DNA of 63,343 nt, counting the filler, from Octopus bimaculoides (taxonomy: Eukaryota): NCBI RefSeq assembly GCF_001194135.2. It is 7 parts of 6 records of this genome, joined end to end, with 100 filler letters (N's around TTAATTAATTAA, not from the genome) between each part and the next. Parts side by side here need not be neighbours in the genome. Positions count along the whole stretch, not along the records: positions 1 to 17,877 come from NC_068987.1; positions 17,978 to 42,210 come from NC_069004.1; 5 more parts are not named here. One strand, given 5' to 3'. Of the stretch, positions 12,261-25,999 are shown one piece after another. A program made the translations under genes and the position numbers. The notes beneath the pieces were generated by a model. It was not told where the DNA came from. It did no database searches and was given only the letters and a program-made list of their open reading frames with translations. The first letter of the stretch is position 1; every line of letters starts with the position of its first letter.

Positions 12261-14450
12261 GTATTTTCTTTAACATTTGCACGTAAAATTATCAATTCTA
12301 AACTGTGTAGCATTGTGTGCTAAATCACGTAACATATATTTTCTTAACACCTGCACTTAAAATTATCGGTTGCACTCGAAATTTGATGCTCACGATCAGT
12401 GGAAATATACCCATGAAACACAGCCGTCAAATTAAGTGCCTTTTCGCTAAATGTTTTTTCTTTACATTTTAAACTTTTATGCGCCTTTTTTTTTCATAGC
12501 ACTCGTTTACAATTCCCTTCTTGATGTTTCCATTTATTATATATTTGCTGTTTTCCACTCATCTGTCTAAATAATTATCATTTTCTGATTCCACACGTAT
12601 TTATTTGTATTATTGTTTCGTGAATGAATTTGCTTAAGCCTTCTGTTGTCTGTTACGTCTTGATTTCCTTTTTCGTCCGAGAGAAATTAGGCATTGTAAT
12701 GGGTACTGGGAATATAACCGCTCTCGGGCATTACCGGTAACTCAGCNNNNNNNNNNNNNNNNNNNNNNNNNNNNNNNNNNNNNNNNNNNNNNNNNNNNNN
12801 NNNNNNNNNNNNNNNNNNNNNNNNNNNNNNNNNNNNNNNNNNNNATATGTGTGTGTGTGTGTGTGTGTGTGTATAAAATATAATAAGAGTGAAAAAACTA
12901 CAGAAGGCTTGTGTTACATGGTTAAAGTATATATTTAAATTATGTCAGAAAAATGTTAGAAAAATGTTAGAAAATATTTTTCGTATATAAACATTGTATT
13001 TTGAGAAATAACCGGTTTCGTGTTGTCTTTTCAAATTTCTCTACTTCATTGTAACCTGTTCGCTCCAGTCGGTTGCACTCGAAATTTATACATATTTAGC
13101 ACATAAAACTGAAACAACGTAAGAATTAATAGTACTCGAATACCGGATGTAGAGTAATATTCTTTGTGAATAAAGCTGCAAAGACATCACAAAAATAGCT
13201 ACTCAGAGTTTCACGATCCCGTTTGTCCGCCGAACGAGAACATGAAACACTGACAAACAATTTTTGTGATGTCTTTACAGATTTACATAAACAAACACAC
13301 ACGTCATATGTCATAATTGCAACAAATGCATACAGATATATGTGAACTGAGTGTTGGAGACTAACGCAATAAATACGGTAACGTGATACATAATTCACTC
13401 ATGTACTCACTTCCTTCCGCTGGAAAAGTTGCGCAGATGTTCTGTTATGATTTAACACCTTAATGCAAGATAATTGACGAAACACCAGCGGAAGAGTTGC
13501 GAGAGCATATGTATTAATATATATATATATATATATATATTATATACATACATATGAATATATATATGTATATATATGCAGANNNNNNNNNNNNNNNNNN
13601 NNNNNNNNNNNNNNNNNNNNNNNNNNNNNNNNNNNNNNNNNNNNNNNNNNNNNNNNNNNNNNNNNNNNNNNNNNNNNNNNNNNNNNNNNNNNNNNNNNNN
13701 NNNNNNNNNNNNNNNNNNNNNNNNNNNNNNNNNNNNNNNNNNNNNNNNNNNNNNNNNNNNNNNNNNNNNNNNNNNNNNNNNNNNNNNNNNNNNNNNNNNN
13801 NNNNNNNNNNNNNNNNNNNNNNNNNNNNNNNNNNNNNNNNNNNNNNNNNNNNNNNNNNNNNNNNNNNNNNNNNNNNNNNNNNNNNNNNNNNNNNNNNNNN
13901 NNNNNNNNNNNNNNNNNNNNNNNNNNNNNNNNNNNNNNNNNNNNNNNNNNNNNNNNNNNNNNNNNNNNNNNNNNNNNNNNNNNNNNNNNNNNNNNNNNNN
14001 NNNNNNNNNNNNNNNNNNNNNNNNNNNNNNNNNNNNNNNNNNNNNNNNNNNNNNNNNNNNNNNNNNNNNNNNNNNNNNNNNNNNNNNNNNNNNNNNNNNN
14101 NNNNNNNNNNNNNNNNNNNNNNNNNNNNNNNNNNNNNNNNNNNNNNNNNNNNNNNNNNNNNNNNNNNNNNNNNNNNNNNNNNNNNNNNNNNNNNNNNNNN
14201 NNNNNNNNNNNNNNNNNNNNNNNNNNNNNNNNNNNNNNNNNNNNNNNNNNNNNNNNNNNNNNNNNNNNNNNNNNNNNNNNNNNNNNNNNNNNNNNNNNNN
14301 NNNNNNNNNNNNNNNNNNNNNNNNNNNNNNNNNNNNNNNNNNNNNNNNNNNNNNNNNNNNNNNNNNNNNNNNNNNNNNNNNNNNNNNNNNNNNNNNNNNN
14401 NNNNNNNNNNNNATATATATATATATATATATATACATATCTATATTACA

Positions 14451-14715
<265 letters not shown>

Positions 14716-14984
14716 CTACCTAACTACTCTCCTCCCTATCTGTCTTTATCAATTTCAATCAATATGCACTCATAATTGAATGAATTCATAGTTACGTTGA
14801 GAGGATATTTAAAATCCTCTTGTAATACATTTATTACTCTGGCCAGGTGTAAAGCTGGAACTTCTACTACAGCAGAATCAACAACATTGACTGATCAGCA
14901 GTATGAAGCTGCTTGAACAGTATCAGTGCAAAGAAGCGTTTAGAGATAAGTTTAGTTAAAATGTTTCTGATACATTTCAACTAT

Positions 14985-15424
14985 AGGCGCAGGAGTGGCT
15001 GTGTGGTAAGTAGCTTGCTTACCAACCACATGGTTCCGGGCTCAGTCCCACTGCGTGGCACCTTCGTCAAGCGTCTTCTACTATAGCCTCAGGCCGATTA
15101 AAGTCATGTGAGTGGATTTGGTAGGCGGAAAACTGAAAGAAGTCCGTCGTATATATGTATATGAGTGTGCGTGTGTGTGTGGGGGGTGTATGTGTGTGTT
15201 TGTGTGTGTGTGTGTTTGTGAGTCTGTGTTTGTCACCCCAACATCGCTTGACAACCGACGCTGGTGCGTTTACGTCTCCGTAACTTAGCGGTTGGGCATA
15301 AGAGGCTGATAGAATAAGTACTAGGCTTACAAAGAATAAGCCCTGGGGGCGATTTGCTCGACTAAAGCCGGTGCTCCAGCATGGCTACAGTCAAGTGACT
15401 GAAACAAATAAAAGAGGTAAAGAG
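14985..15424 (+). mobile_element. SINE-B, full length, well preserved
   Basis: aggcgcaggagtggctgtgtggtaagtagc (A box), ggttccgggctcagtccc (B box), internal (GT)n, tail ggtgctccagcatggctacagtcaagtgactgaaacaaataaaag. Confidence 0.9.
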
Positions 15425-15477
15425 TAAAGAGGAACTTACAAGACAAATTACACACACACACACTACACACACACACA

Positions 15478-15516
<39 letters not shown>

Positions 15517-15529
15517 TTCGATTGGTATT

Positions 15530-15670
15530 GTTAGTTTCCGTCTTTCAAATCCATTCACAAGGCTTTGGCCGACCCGATGTTATAACCAGACACTTGATCA
15601 AGTTGGCACGTATTAAGACTGAACTCAGAGCCGTGTTCATTCAGAAACAAACTTCTTAACCACTCAGCTT
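15530..15670 (-). mobile_element. SINE-B 5' half, diverged
   Basis: agtttccgtc...aaatccattcacaaggctttggccgaccc...gactgaactc. Confidence 0.65.
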
Positions 15671-16233
15671 CACCAGTTCCTAATCATTTCTGCATGACTC
15701 TGTGTTTGAATGTATGTATGAATATATAGATGTGTGTATGTGGTGTAAGTGTGTGCTTCTTTTTAACACTATGTGTCTTTGAATGGATTTATGTATTAGG
15801 TGTGTCAGAAGCCTTGAAATAACTTACTAATACATAAAATTTGATGTAAAGACGAATAAAGTGGTTTGCTGCGAGGAAGAGTTAAAAACTGTTCAGAACC
15901 AAAATAATAAAATATAGCTCCTTACCTCCGTCTGGTATAAGAATAGAAAAAGAAATCACACGTAGAAATGTCCGTTATCAATTCATAAGCACCACATTAG
16001 CTAAAATGGAGAGACGCCTATAGGCTCTTGATTGAATGAATTGTAGAGAGTCAGAATAATATCAACTCTGTCAATGACACTTTCTGAGGCATTCACTGGA
16101 ATTAAGCGCGTGACATAACGCAGTAACATACGTATATGCACGCATACATACGCACATATACATATGTGCGTGCTCTCTCTCACACACAAACAAACACACA
16201 CGTGTATCTATCTATGAAACTATCTGTACTTAC

Positions 16234-16271
<38 letters not shown>

Positions 16272-17015
16272 TAGATACATACGTATATGCATGCATACAT
16301 ATATATAATTGTATCTACCTCTCCCAATCTATACATACGTATATTCATGTACACACACACACACACACACACACGCATTATATATATATGTATAGATATA
16401 TTGATGCACATAGAGATATCAGATACATACATACACATTCCTTAGAGTGTTTCTTTGCATGTGTCTGTGATTTTGTACGCGTTGTTTGTAAGAATAAATG
16501 TTATAGAAATTTTTAACACTACATTATATCGAAGGAAAGAATTCGGATGGTCAATTGCGATTATCTTTTCTGAATTTCAGTTCTAAATACGATACGGAAC
16601 TCTTGGCACGAAACCAATACAGATTATATATTATTAACTCGTATTTACATGGTACGGCTACAAAGTTATCACACGCAGATTAACTCATATCTATCTTTCC
16701 ATAATATATATATTTATATATATATATATAGATAGATAGATATACATGCATGCAAAATTCTGAAAAGTTAACTGATGTTTCAACCTTTATAAAACGTATA
16801 TGTGTTTCAGTAAATCGACTAGTAAGATTATATAATCCTTTGGCGAAATTGCATAACGTCATCGCGTCACCTCGTTAGAGTTTTCAGTAAAAAATAAGAA
16901 ATTCTATTTTACTAAGTATATATACATATATTGTCATAATGCAAATTACACACAACCTCAGTGCTGCGTCGGAATATGGAGGTTTTGCCTGTTTTTTCTT
17001 CTTTCTTCTCTATAT

Positions 17016-17054
<39 letters not shown>

Positions 17055-17064
17055 TTATATGTAC

Positions 17065-17100
<36 letters not shown>

Positions 17101-17629
17101 GTATGTATATATGTTTATAGCTGAGGTTGTGCACAAGAGAACAATGAAAGTGAGAGCATTGTGGCCAACAACATTCTTAGTCTGGGCGATGCAATGAAAA
17201 GGTGATACAGACATGAAGACGCACACACACACACACACACACACACGTTCATTACATACATAAACCTTTATATAATAAAATTCGTTCTGTGTGCGTGTGA
17301 ACATGTGTGTGTTTGTCTGTGTCTGTGTCTGTGTGTCCTTGTCTGTATTTTCCAATAAGTTTAATTGTAAATTTTCATGAAGCACAATTGTAGCAGATTA
17401 AATGTGCCAAATATGTAGCGACGCTATTGTTTCCAAAACGCAATATTCTCCAAAATAGAAGGAAATGCATATGTAATACATATGTAATGTTGTATATTTC
17501 ATAGAGACAAAGATATTTATGTTTCTAATACAAAGGAAGCTTGAAACGTCAGTTTGTTTTTATATTATCTTTTCAGTAGTCGCTCTTCTTTTCCGTTGTC
17601 ATAGTCATCGTCGTAATTTCCTTCTTGTC

Positions 17630-17877
<248 letters not shown>

Positions 17878-17977
17878 NNNNNNNNNNNNNNNNNNNNNNN
17901 NNNNNNNNNNNNNNNNNNNNNTTAATTAATTAANNNNNNNNNNNNNNNNNNNNNNNNNNNNNNNNNNNNNNNNNNNN
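17878..17977. other. Synthetic scaffold linker N44-TTAATTAATTAA-N44
   Basis: Exactly 100 bp. The same construct recurs with its 12-mer at 42255, 52903, 55641, 58968 and 61506. The 12-mer places stops in all six frames. Confidence 0.9.
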
Positions 17978-18243
17978 ATATATACATATATATATATATA
18001 TATATTCATATATATATGCATATGTATACATATATGTACATATGTATATGTAACTGCGAGGAATGTACTGGGAATTGCTTACTGGTTGCCAGATTGTTTC
18101 TCTACGTATGTTATTAATTAACCGATATGGGACCCACAGATAGCTGCTGGCATCGGAAATCATTTAAATTTCCTTTCTAGAATTTTCGAAACATATCTAC
18201 GTAAACACAAACATACACGCACACACGTATTTATTCGTATCGA

Positions 18244-18310
<67 letters not shown>

Positions 18311-18583
18311 ATGTTACTCCGTGTTTGTGTGTTTAACTTTCTATGTGTGTCTGTGAATTCGGACAGATCCAATAATCTATACTTGATTACGGAACAAAAA
18401 CACTTGCATTTTCTTTCCTCTTTCTGTCTTTGTTTCCTTCTGCCTCCTTCATTCCCTATCTTGTCTACAAGATCATCATAAAGACAATAACTTGGACATG
18501 AGTTCAAATCCTATATAGTAATTTTCCTACAACTTACGTGGCGCAATAACTAATGTATCTTTATTAATTATTTGTGCACGTTA

Positions 18584-18898
18584 GTGGGGCGAGCCGGCAG
18601 AATCGCTAGCACGTCAAACAAAAGGCGTTAGTGGCATTTGGTCCGTTTTTACGTTCCAAGTTCAAATTCCATCGAGGTCGACTTTGACTTTCATCCATTG
18701 GGGGTCGATGAATTAAGTACCAGTGAAACACTGGGGTCCATGCTTATCGGCATTCCGTCCCTCTTTATGCTTCTACGTTCAAATTCTGCCGAGGTCAACT
18801 TTTTCTTTCATCGTTTCGGTGTCAATAAATTAAGTACCAGTTGAACACTGGGGTCGACGTAATCGACAGGCCTTCTGCCAAAATTTAAAACCAATATT
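18584..18898 (+). mobile_element. SINE-A with duplicated B-box/central block
   Basis: Head ggggcgagccggcagaatcgctagcac; the ttcaaatt...gaggtc..ctt...taagtaccag...ctggggtc block occurs twice; tail iii caaaatttaaaaccaatatt. Confidence 0.8.
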
Positions 18899-19519
18899 AT
18901 TATTTATGTTTTATTTCTTAACACACATCAGCTATTCACTGATACACTTCGCACCATTTTGATCTCAGTGTAAAGTTGTAGAATCGTATATTTATTTTGT
19001 GAATAGATAACGTAATTGAATCAAAGTTGTTTTGCTAGTTATATTGGAAAAAACTGGTCTTCATATTGATCAAGTTGTGTTTCGTTTGGTTTATTTGTTT
19101 ACTGTGTGTGTTATCTGATATGTATTTCGTCACTATCATCATCATCATCGCTTTTCATGATTGGTTTGCCTCCCCTTTTCGCTGATTGCGTGCGTCAGAT
19201 GGAATTTATTGACGCATATACTGCACGGCAGGATACCCTTCCTGTCACCAACCCTTACTAAATTTCAAATAAAGTAGTATTGCACCGCCTCTTGGCTGAT
19301 GCAGAGTCGCCAGCGCAGTTGGTCGGCTATGGAGCGGAGCAAGTAGTAAGGTGACCTCAGACGGTGCAATATGATGGCACTTCTACTTCAAATGTTTTTG
19401 TTGTGCCTTGACGAATAAAGCAACTGAGTCACGAAATTATGGCAAAACGTTTGACTCAACACAATGTTTATATATGTGTGTGTGTGCGTACGTGTGTGTG
19501 TGCGTACGTGTGTGTGTGT

Positions 19520-19550
<31 letters not shown>

Positions 19551-19633
19551 TAGAGAGAGACAGACAGAGAGGGAGAAGCAGACAGACAGACAGATAGACA
19601 CAGATGCACTTATTTGTATAAATATAATTCGAT

Positions 19634-19668
<35 letters not shown>

Positions 19669-19742
19669 NNNNNNNNNNNNNNNNNNNNNNNNNNNNNNNN
19701 NNNNNNNNNNNNNNNNNNNNNNNNNNNNNNNNNNNATATGGC

Positions 19743-19945
19743 TGTGTGTCTGCATTTGTCCCAGCAACATCACTTGACAACCGATTCTGGTGTGTTTACG
19801 TCCTCGTAACTTAACGGTTCGGCAAATGAGACCGTTAGAATAAGTACTAGGCTTACCAAGAATAAATCCTAGGGTCGATTTGCTCGACTAAAAGGCGGTG
19901 CTCCAGCATGACCGCAGTCAAATGACTGAAACAAATAAAAGAAAG
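19743..19945 (+). mobile_element. SINE-B 3' half (5' part lies in a gap)
   Basis: ttagaataagtactaggcttaccaagaataaatcctagggtcgatttgctcgactaaaaggcggtgctccagcatgaccgcagtcaaatgactgaaac. Confidence 0.85.
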
Positions 19946-20495
19946 AATATATATATATATATATATATATATTTGTATGAACCTATGTATGTGTCTGTGA
20001 GAATGCTTTGCTGTTTCTAAATACGTTCGGGTCCGCTTTCTTTCGTGTATACGTGAATAGATATTTCCTATATTTATTTTAACATGCATCTTTCTAAAAC
20101 TGATGAATCTCAGCCAATTTTCTGTCACAAACTCCGTCAATTTCTGGTATAATTTAATGGAGTTGCCTCACACTATTACCTTCCATATGCTGAAATTATA
20201 TTTCTACAGAAATCAACATAGATATTCTGACTTATATAATCACAATCTATTATGTATTGTTGGCATTTATATATTCCATTGTCGATTCTGTTAGTCTCGT
20301 CATATGGACTTCATGCGTGACTCGAATAAGAATTTCTACGTGGAAAATTCTGCTCTGTATTACCGAGTATTTTAACTGGCCCCTATGCTGAAGAGGTCAC
20401 GCATCGAAATATTTTGTGATGCATCACGACAGCAGAAGACGAACACTTACGGGGAAGAACTCCCCTGCCTCTATATAATTGAGAACTTTTAAACG

Positions 20496-20526
<31 letters not shown>

Positions 20527-21150
20527 GTGTGTATTGTCACGCTGAAAATCCATTTAGTCTTGCATGAAACATTTTTTTTTCTTTTAATTCTAATGTACCG
20601 CACATTACATCGTTCTGTACACGTCCACCGTGTTAGATGTTTACTCTGGATGGTTTTCTCAGCATGCTAGATGAGGAAACGTTGCTGGACCCTCACTTGA
20701 CCCTCCACTATTTCTTGAGGCATCCCAGTATATTGTAGTTAAACCTGATAAGCGATATGCGTATATGTGTGTATGATTGAGAGACAGATAGAGAGACAGA
20801 TATAGACAGACAAACAGACCAATAAACAGACAGACAGACTGACATACAGACAGAGAATATTGACTACTTCTTTGTAATTACATCTATCAACCCCAGGCTT
20901 TCTTCGTTGGTCTTTGATTGAGAAATAGCAGACAAAGAGAAACTTGATCGCTAATGAAAGAATTCATTTTTCATGGATGAGATGTCTTCGATCATGAAGT
21001 AATGAGACATTCCAGTAGTTAGGACAACAATAATGGGAACCTCTATGTAGTAATACAAATCTACGAGACATAGCAGCCAAATCTCCCCTAAATCACAATC
21101 TACTGTATAAAAGTTAGGCAAGTACTCGTACGATGATGCAGTTCAGACTC

Positions 21151-21570
21151 ATTGCGTCTTGTAATAGACATCGTGGTCTCACTGCGTCTTGTAATGAACG
21201 TGGTGGTCTCATTGTGTCTTGTAATAGACATGGTGGTCTCATTGCGTCTTGTAATAGACATGGTGGTCTCACTGCGTCTTGTAATAGACGTGGTGGTCTC
21301 ATTGCGTCTTGTAATAGACGTGGTAGACTCATTGCGTCTTGTAATAGACGAGGTGGTCTCATTGCGTCTTGTAATAGACGTGGTAGACTCATTGCGTTTT
21401 GTAATAGACGAGGTGGTCTCATTGCGTCTTGTAATAGACGTGGTAGTCTCACTGCGTCTTGAAATGGACGTGGTGGTCTCATTGTATCTTGTAATAGACA
21501 TGGTGGTCTCACTGCGTCTTGTAACGGACTAGGTGGTGTCATTGCGTCTTGTAATAGACGTGGTAGTCTC
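21151..21570. repeat. 30-bp minisatellite, 14 units, consensus attgcgtcttgtaatagacgtggtggtctc
   Basis: Units are in register every 30 nt from 21151 to 21570. Confidence 0.95.
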
Positions 21571-21819
21571 CGCCAAGGAAAGTCTTTTCATCATAAGTTA
21601 GCTTTGTTAACGCCGTTCTGGAGCGAAAGCACTCAACCTGCTAAAAATAGCAACCAAATCTTCAAAATGGCGGCGCCCCGACGAACAAATTAGGAGAAAA
21701 GTTAGCTCGTACGACAAAATACCTTGTGGTAGTTAATCCAGATCTCTGAACTTTGAATTCAAATCACAGACGCCAATGCTTGACTTCATTCTTTCCGCGC
21801 CATTGCTATAAGAAAGTAC

Positions 21820-21950
21820 TACTAGTCTGAAGCAACGTGCAATGAAGTGCATTGCTGAAGGACACAACTCATTGCTAGGTCCAGGAGCTGAACCGGTGAC
21901 ATTTGGATTCTGAGCCAAACTGTAACCATTAGACCACGAATCTTCTGCCA
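21820..21950 (-). mobile_element. tRNA-derived SINE head, diverged
   Basis: Minus strand gtggtctaatggttacag...cagaatccaaatgtcaccggttcagctcc...tgtgtccttcagcaatgcactt. Confidence 0.5.
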
Positions 21951-22454
21951 TTGTGCAACATATATTAATCCTGTTTAAAGTTGATTGGTATTTTGATTAG
22001 AGGGCGGTTTTGATTGTTATATTTAGCATACCGAAAGACCACGTCTAGGTTCTGATATTCTTGCAGACTTCACTGATGTTGATCAAGTGTGTGCTTCTGG
22101 TTTGGTGCCGTTCCAATTCAGGCGATAGAAATGTCTTTACATGATACGTACATGATACCAAGTAAATTGCTAGGATCCTGTTTGTTCAATGGAGCGAATG
22201 GTCTTGACAGTTACATCTCTTTTTTTTTTTTGTTTCATTCTCGCCTCATTCGAATTGATTCGGTTGTTATGGAGACAGTGAAGGTGGAGGAGGGAGCACC
22301 ATGCCAGGAACTAGCTACAGATAAATAGTATTTGTAGAATTTGAAATAAACAGTGACGAAATACCTAACGATCGCTTTGGAGATATTCCAAGCACTTAAA
22401 TTTACATGTACAGATCGTACTTAAAGCAAGAGAGTATATCGCCAGTTGTTGTCG

Positions 22455-22525
<71 letters not shown>

Positions 22526-22526
22526 G

Positions 22527-22630
22527 AGTCGGCGAGCTGGCAGAATCGTTAGCACGCCGGGTGAAATGCTTAACAGGTATTTCGTCCTTCTTTACATTCC
22601 GAGTTCAAATTCCACCGAATTCGACTTTCT
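22527..22630 (+). mobile_element. SINE-A 5' fragment directly after a (TTA)n tract
   Basis: ggcgagctggcagaatcgttagcacgccgggtgaaatgctta...gagttcaaattcc. Confidence 0.8.
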
Positions 22631-23549
22631 CACCTGTGAAGCACTTTTTACCTTGTCATTAATGTTACCTGCTTTGCAACAACACTTGCCGCATTTATAT
22701 GTATGTGTGTATGTATAAAACTCATGCAAAACATATTTTCATAAGAGCATACTGCACAAGAAACCTCACACACTTCACGAGTGTTTGAATACCAAATGCA
22801 GACTCTACTTGGGCCCTGTTCCCGTGGGTGATTGAAGGAGAAAAAAACCGTTCAACGATTGGCTACATGCAGTAACCATCGACTTTTACTTTACTTCAAA
22901 GCTAATTGCGTAGAATACGGGACATTTGTAAGTCGCATTCTGTATGTATGTATCTGTATGTATCTGTGAATGTGTATATCGCTGTGTGTTTGTATGTTTG
23001 GTACGTGTGTGTGTGTGTGTGTGTAGGATTGTGTATCATGTATATGTGTATATTCGTGCTTCTGTGTTTGTTCTCCAATGTCGATCAGTAAAGAGACAAA
23101 TGGACTGGAATCTAACAGCAATACAGCAATGGAGCAATTCAGTTAACACAAGATTGTATCTCTGTAATGTTTATACTCTTCTTAGCCACACCAATTAGGC
23201 GGCGGTAATTTGTCACTTAATGAAAGCTAATTTATTCTTCGTTCACTGGTGGTTTCTACAATACATTATCAAACATTTATTCTAACATTGATCAATATTT
23301 ACAGAGCAAAAATTAGCTAAGTTAATGCTAACATATTTAATAGAAAGATCACCGCCGAGCTGAGTAAGAATAATTATGTGTCGAGGAAGGAAAAAGCAAA
23401 ACTATGTATAAGTCAATGACTAATACTACATCAAGTATTTAGACAATCAGGGGAAATCATTTGAGACACGTTTCGCTCATTTGTGACATCATCAGCAAAA
23501 CATAAAATTTTATCGTAGTTGCTAATGTAATCTTTTATCATTTATTTGG

Positions 23550-23770
23550 TTCTGTCATTAGATTGCAGCCATGCGTGGCCACCACTTTGAAGAGCTGTAC
23601 TCGAACAAATTGACCCAGTATTTATATAAGCTTGATAATTATGTTATCTGTCCTCTTTTGCCGACGGGCTTCCACGGTGTACCCATCCACTAAATTTATT
23701 TACAGGGCATTGCTCGTTCTGCAGGCCATATTAGATAACACTTGGCCAAGATGACACGCAGTGGGATTGC
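23550..23770 (-). mobile_element. SINE-B, diverged and internally deleted
   Basis: gtcattagattgcagccatg...tcgaacaaattgacccag...cacttggccaagatgacacgcagtgggatt. Confidence 0.6.
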
Positions 23771-24560
23771 ATGTCTTTGGATATGAGCGTATATTAATAT
23801 ATCTATGAATAAATCTATGGACGAATTAAGTAGAACTACTTCTGTAGAATCGATAGACTTTGTCAGTAGTTCAAACCAGCGGCACAGCAACGTCGCAAGC
23901 CACAAACGCTGACGGACAGGTCACACATATTCAAGCACATACACGCACAGTACACACATACGTACGCACCGCATCATGCAAACACATTTAAAGAGATGAA
24001 CGCAAACGCGCAAGCTTCACACACAGACACTGGCCGTGCAACGTATAAACACTAAACAAAGCCTTTCTAGTTAAAACAACACTTTGATACCCACAGAAAC
24101 ACACAATCTAAAGGCTATAAAGTATAAATACGAAGAAAAAGGGAGAGAAATCTCTTTCTGTCAGAAGAAGATCAAACGAAAGGCACGCGCGCCATTGATA
24201 AGGTCGCAAGCTAAGTGGAAAGGACTCCCGTAATAAATCAATTGTTTGATGGATGAAACGACCGAACAAGTAAATGATTAGTTAATTAGATAATTAGTTA
24301 ACTAGTCGGTTAATAATAATGATGATGATGATGATGATGATAATAATAATGAAAGAGTAGGCTTGATTTTATCTAGAAAATGACCCTTCCAAAGTACAAT
24401 ATCGGTTTTTCCAACGCAGAATTTCCCATCAATAATCTTCCAAACACAAATGGGAAGAAAATGATTAACACACACATCGAAGCGCTTATACCCCACCACC
24501 ATCACTGCCAATACCACCACTTAGACACATACATATATCTGCATATGTATGTGTTTAATG

Positions 24561-24800
24561 TGAGGGCGCATAGCCCAGGGTGTTGCACTCACGATAGTGA
24601 GATCGTAGTTTCAATTCCTGCACTGGACAATGCATCGTGGTTTTTGAGCAAAACACTTCATTTCCCGTGTGGTAAACCGTGTACATGTTCAGGCAACGCC
24701 GACTCGACGGAGTGAATGATCTAGGGTACATCACATATATTTGATCTCTATAAACAAATCATTCGTTCAGATTCTTCAGTAAGAAATTGCAGAGACACCT
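24561..24800 (+). mobile_element. tRNA-derived SINE (C-like head), diverged
   Basis: gagggcgcatagcccag...gcactcacgatagtgagatcgtagtttcaattcctg...ttgagcaaaacact. Confidence 0.55.
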
Positions 24801-25680
24801 TTTTCGAACCACAAAAGATTTCTATATAACAGAAACCGGTTGAAAATACATGCAGACGAAACTTTAAAGTCGAATGTATTTTAAAGATATATTCACTCTA
24901 TTCTTATTAGAGTATCACATACATACATACATACATACATACATACATACATACATACATACATACATACATACATACATACATACATTAAAAGCGCCAA
25001 GTTTGAACGCAATTAAAATTGTTTATGTACTTTGCATCATTAATATGTGTGTGTGAGTGTGTCTGTTTATTATAGTTAGTTATACAGATTTATACGTAAA
25101 TTATGCATACATATATATATATANNNNNNNNNNNNNNNNNNNNNNNNNNNNNNNNNNNNNNNNNNNNNNNNNNNNNNNNNNNNNNNNNNNNNNNNNNNNN
25201 NNNNNNNNNNNNNNNNNNNNNNNNNNNNNNNNNNNNNNNNNNNNNNNNNNNNNNNNNNNNNNNNNNNNNNNNNNNNNNNNNNNNNNNNNNNNNNNNNNNN
25301 NNNNNNNNNNNNNNNNNNNNNNNNNNNNNNNNNNNNNNNNNNNNNNNNNNNNNNNNNNNNNNNNNNNNNNNNNNNNNNNNNNNNNNNNNNNNNNNNNNNN
25401 NNNNNNNNNNNNNNNNNNNNNNNNNNNNNNNNNNNNNNNNNNNNNNNNNNNNNNNNNNNNNNNNNNNNNNNNNNNNNNNNNNNNNNNNNNNNNNNNNNNN
25501 NNNNNNNNNNNNNNNNNNNNNNNNNNNNNNNNNNNNNNNNNNNNNNNNNNNNNNNNNNNNNNNNNNNNNNNNNNNNNNNNNNNNNNNNNNNNNNNNNNNN
25601 NNNNNNNNNNNNNNNNNNNNNNNNNNNNNNNNNNNNNNNNNNNNNNNNNNNNNNNNNNNNNNNNNNNNNNNNNNNNNNNN

Positions 25681-25719
<39 letters not shown>

Positions 25720-25934
25720 ATATACATATATACATACATATGTACATACATATATACATACATATATATATATACATACATATATACATGTATACGTGTA
25801 AATAATACAAGCAAATGTACAAACCGACATATTTGTTTTATAACTCGTTCATGAAGGAAAATTCTTCAGAGCGTTAAGCAAGTAAGAATAAATTTGAATA
25901 AGTACTGGTGTGCATGATTCTTTTATATACATTC

Positions 25935-25999
<65 letters not shown>

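Noticed and set aside
21151-21570. Regular 30-bp periodicity as a CRISPR array
   Set aside because: The units are contiguous with no unique spacers, the context is eukaryotic and there are no cas genes.
21664-21690. aaaatggcggcg (YY1-like / start-codon context)
   Set aside because: The ATG frame stops after eight codons, and it is a single motif beside a repeat remnant.
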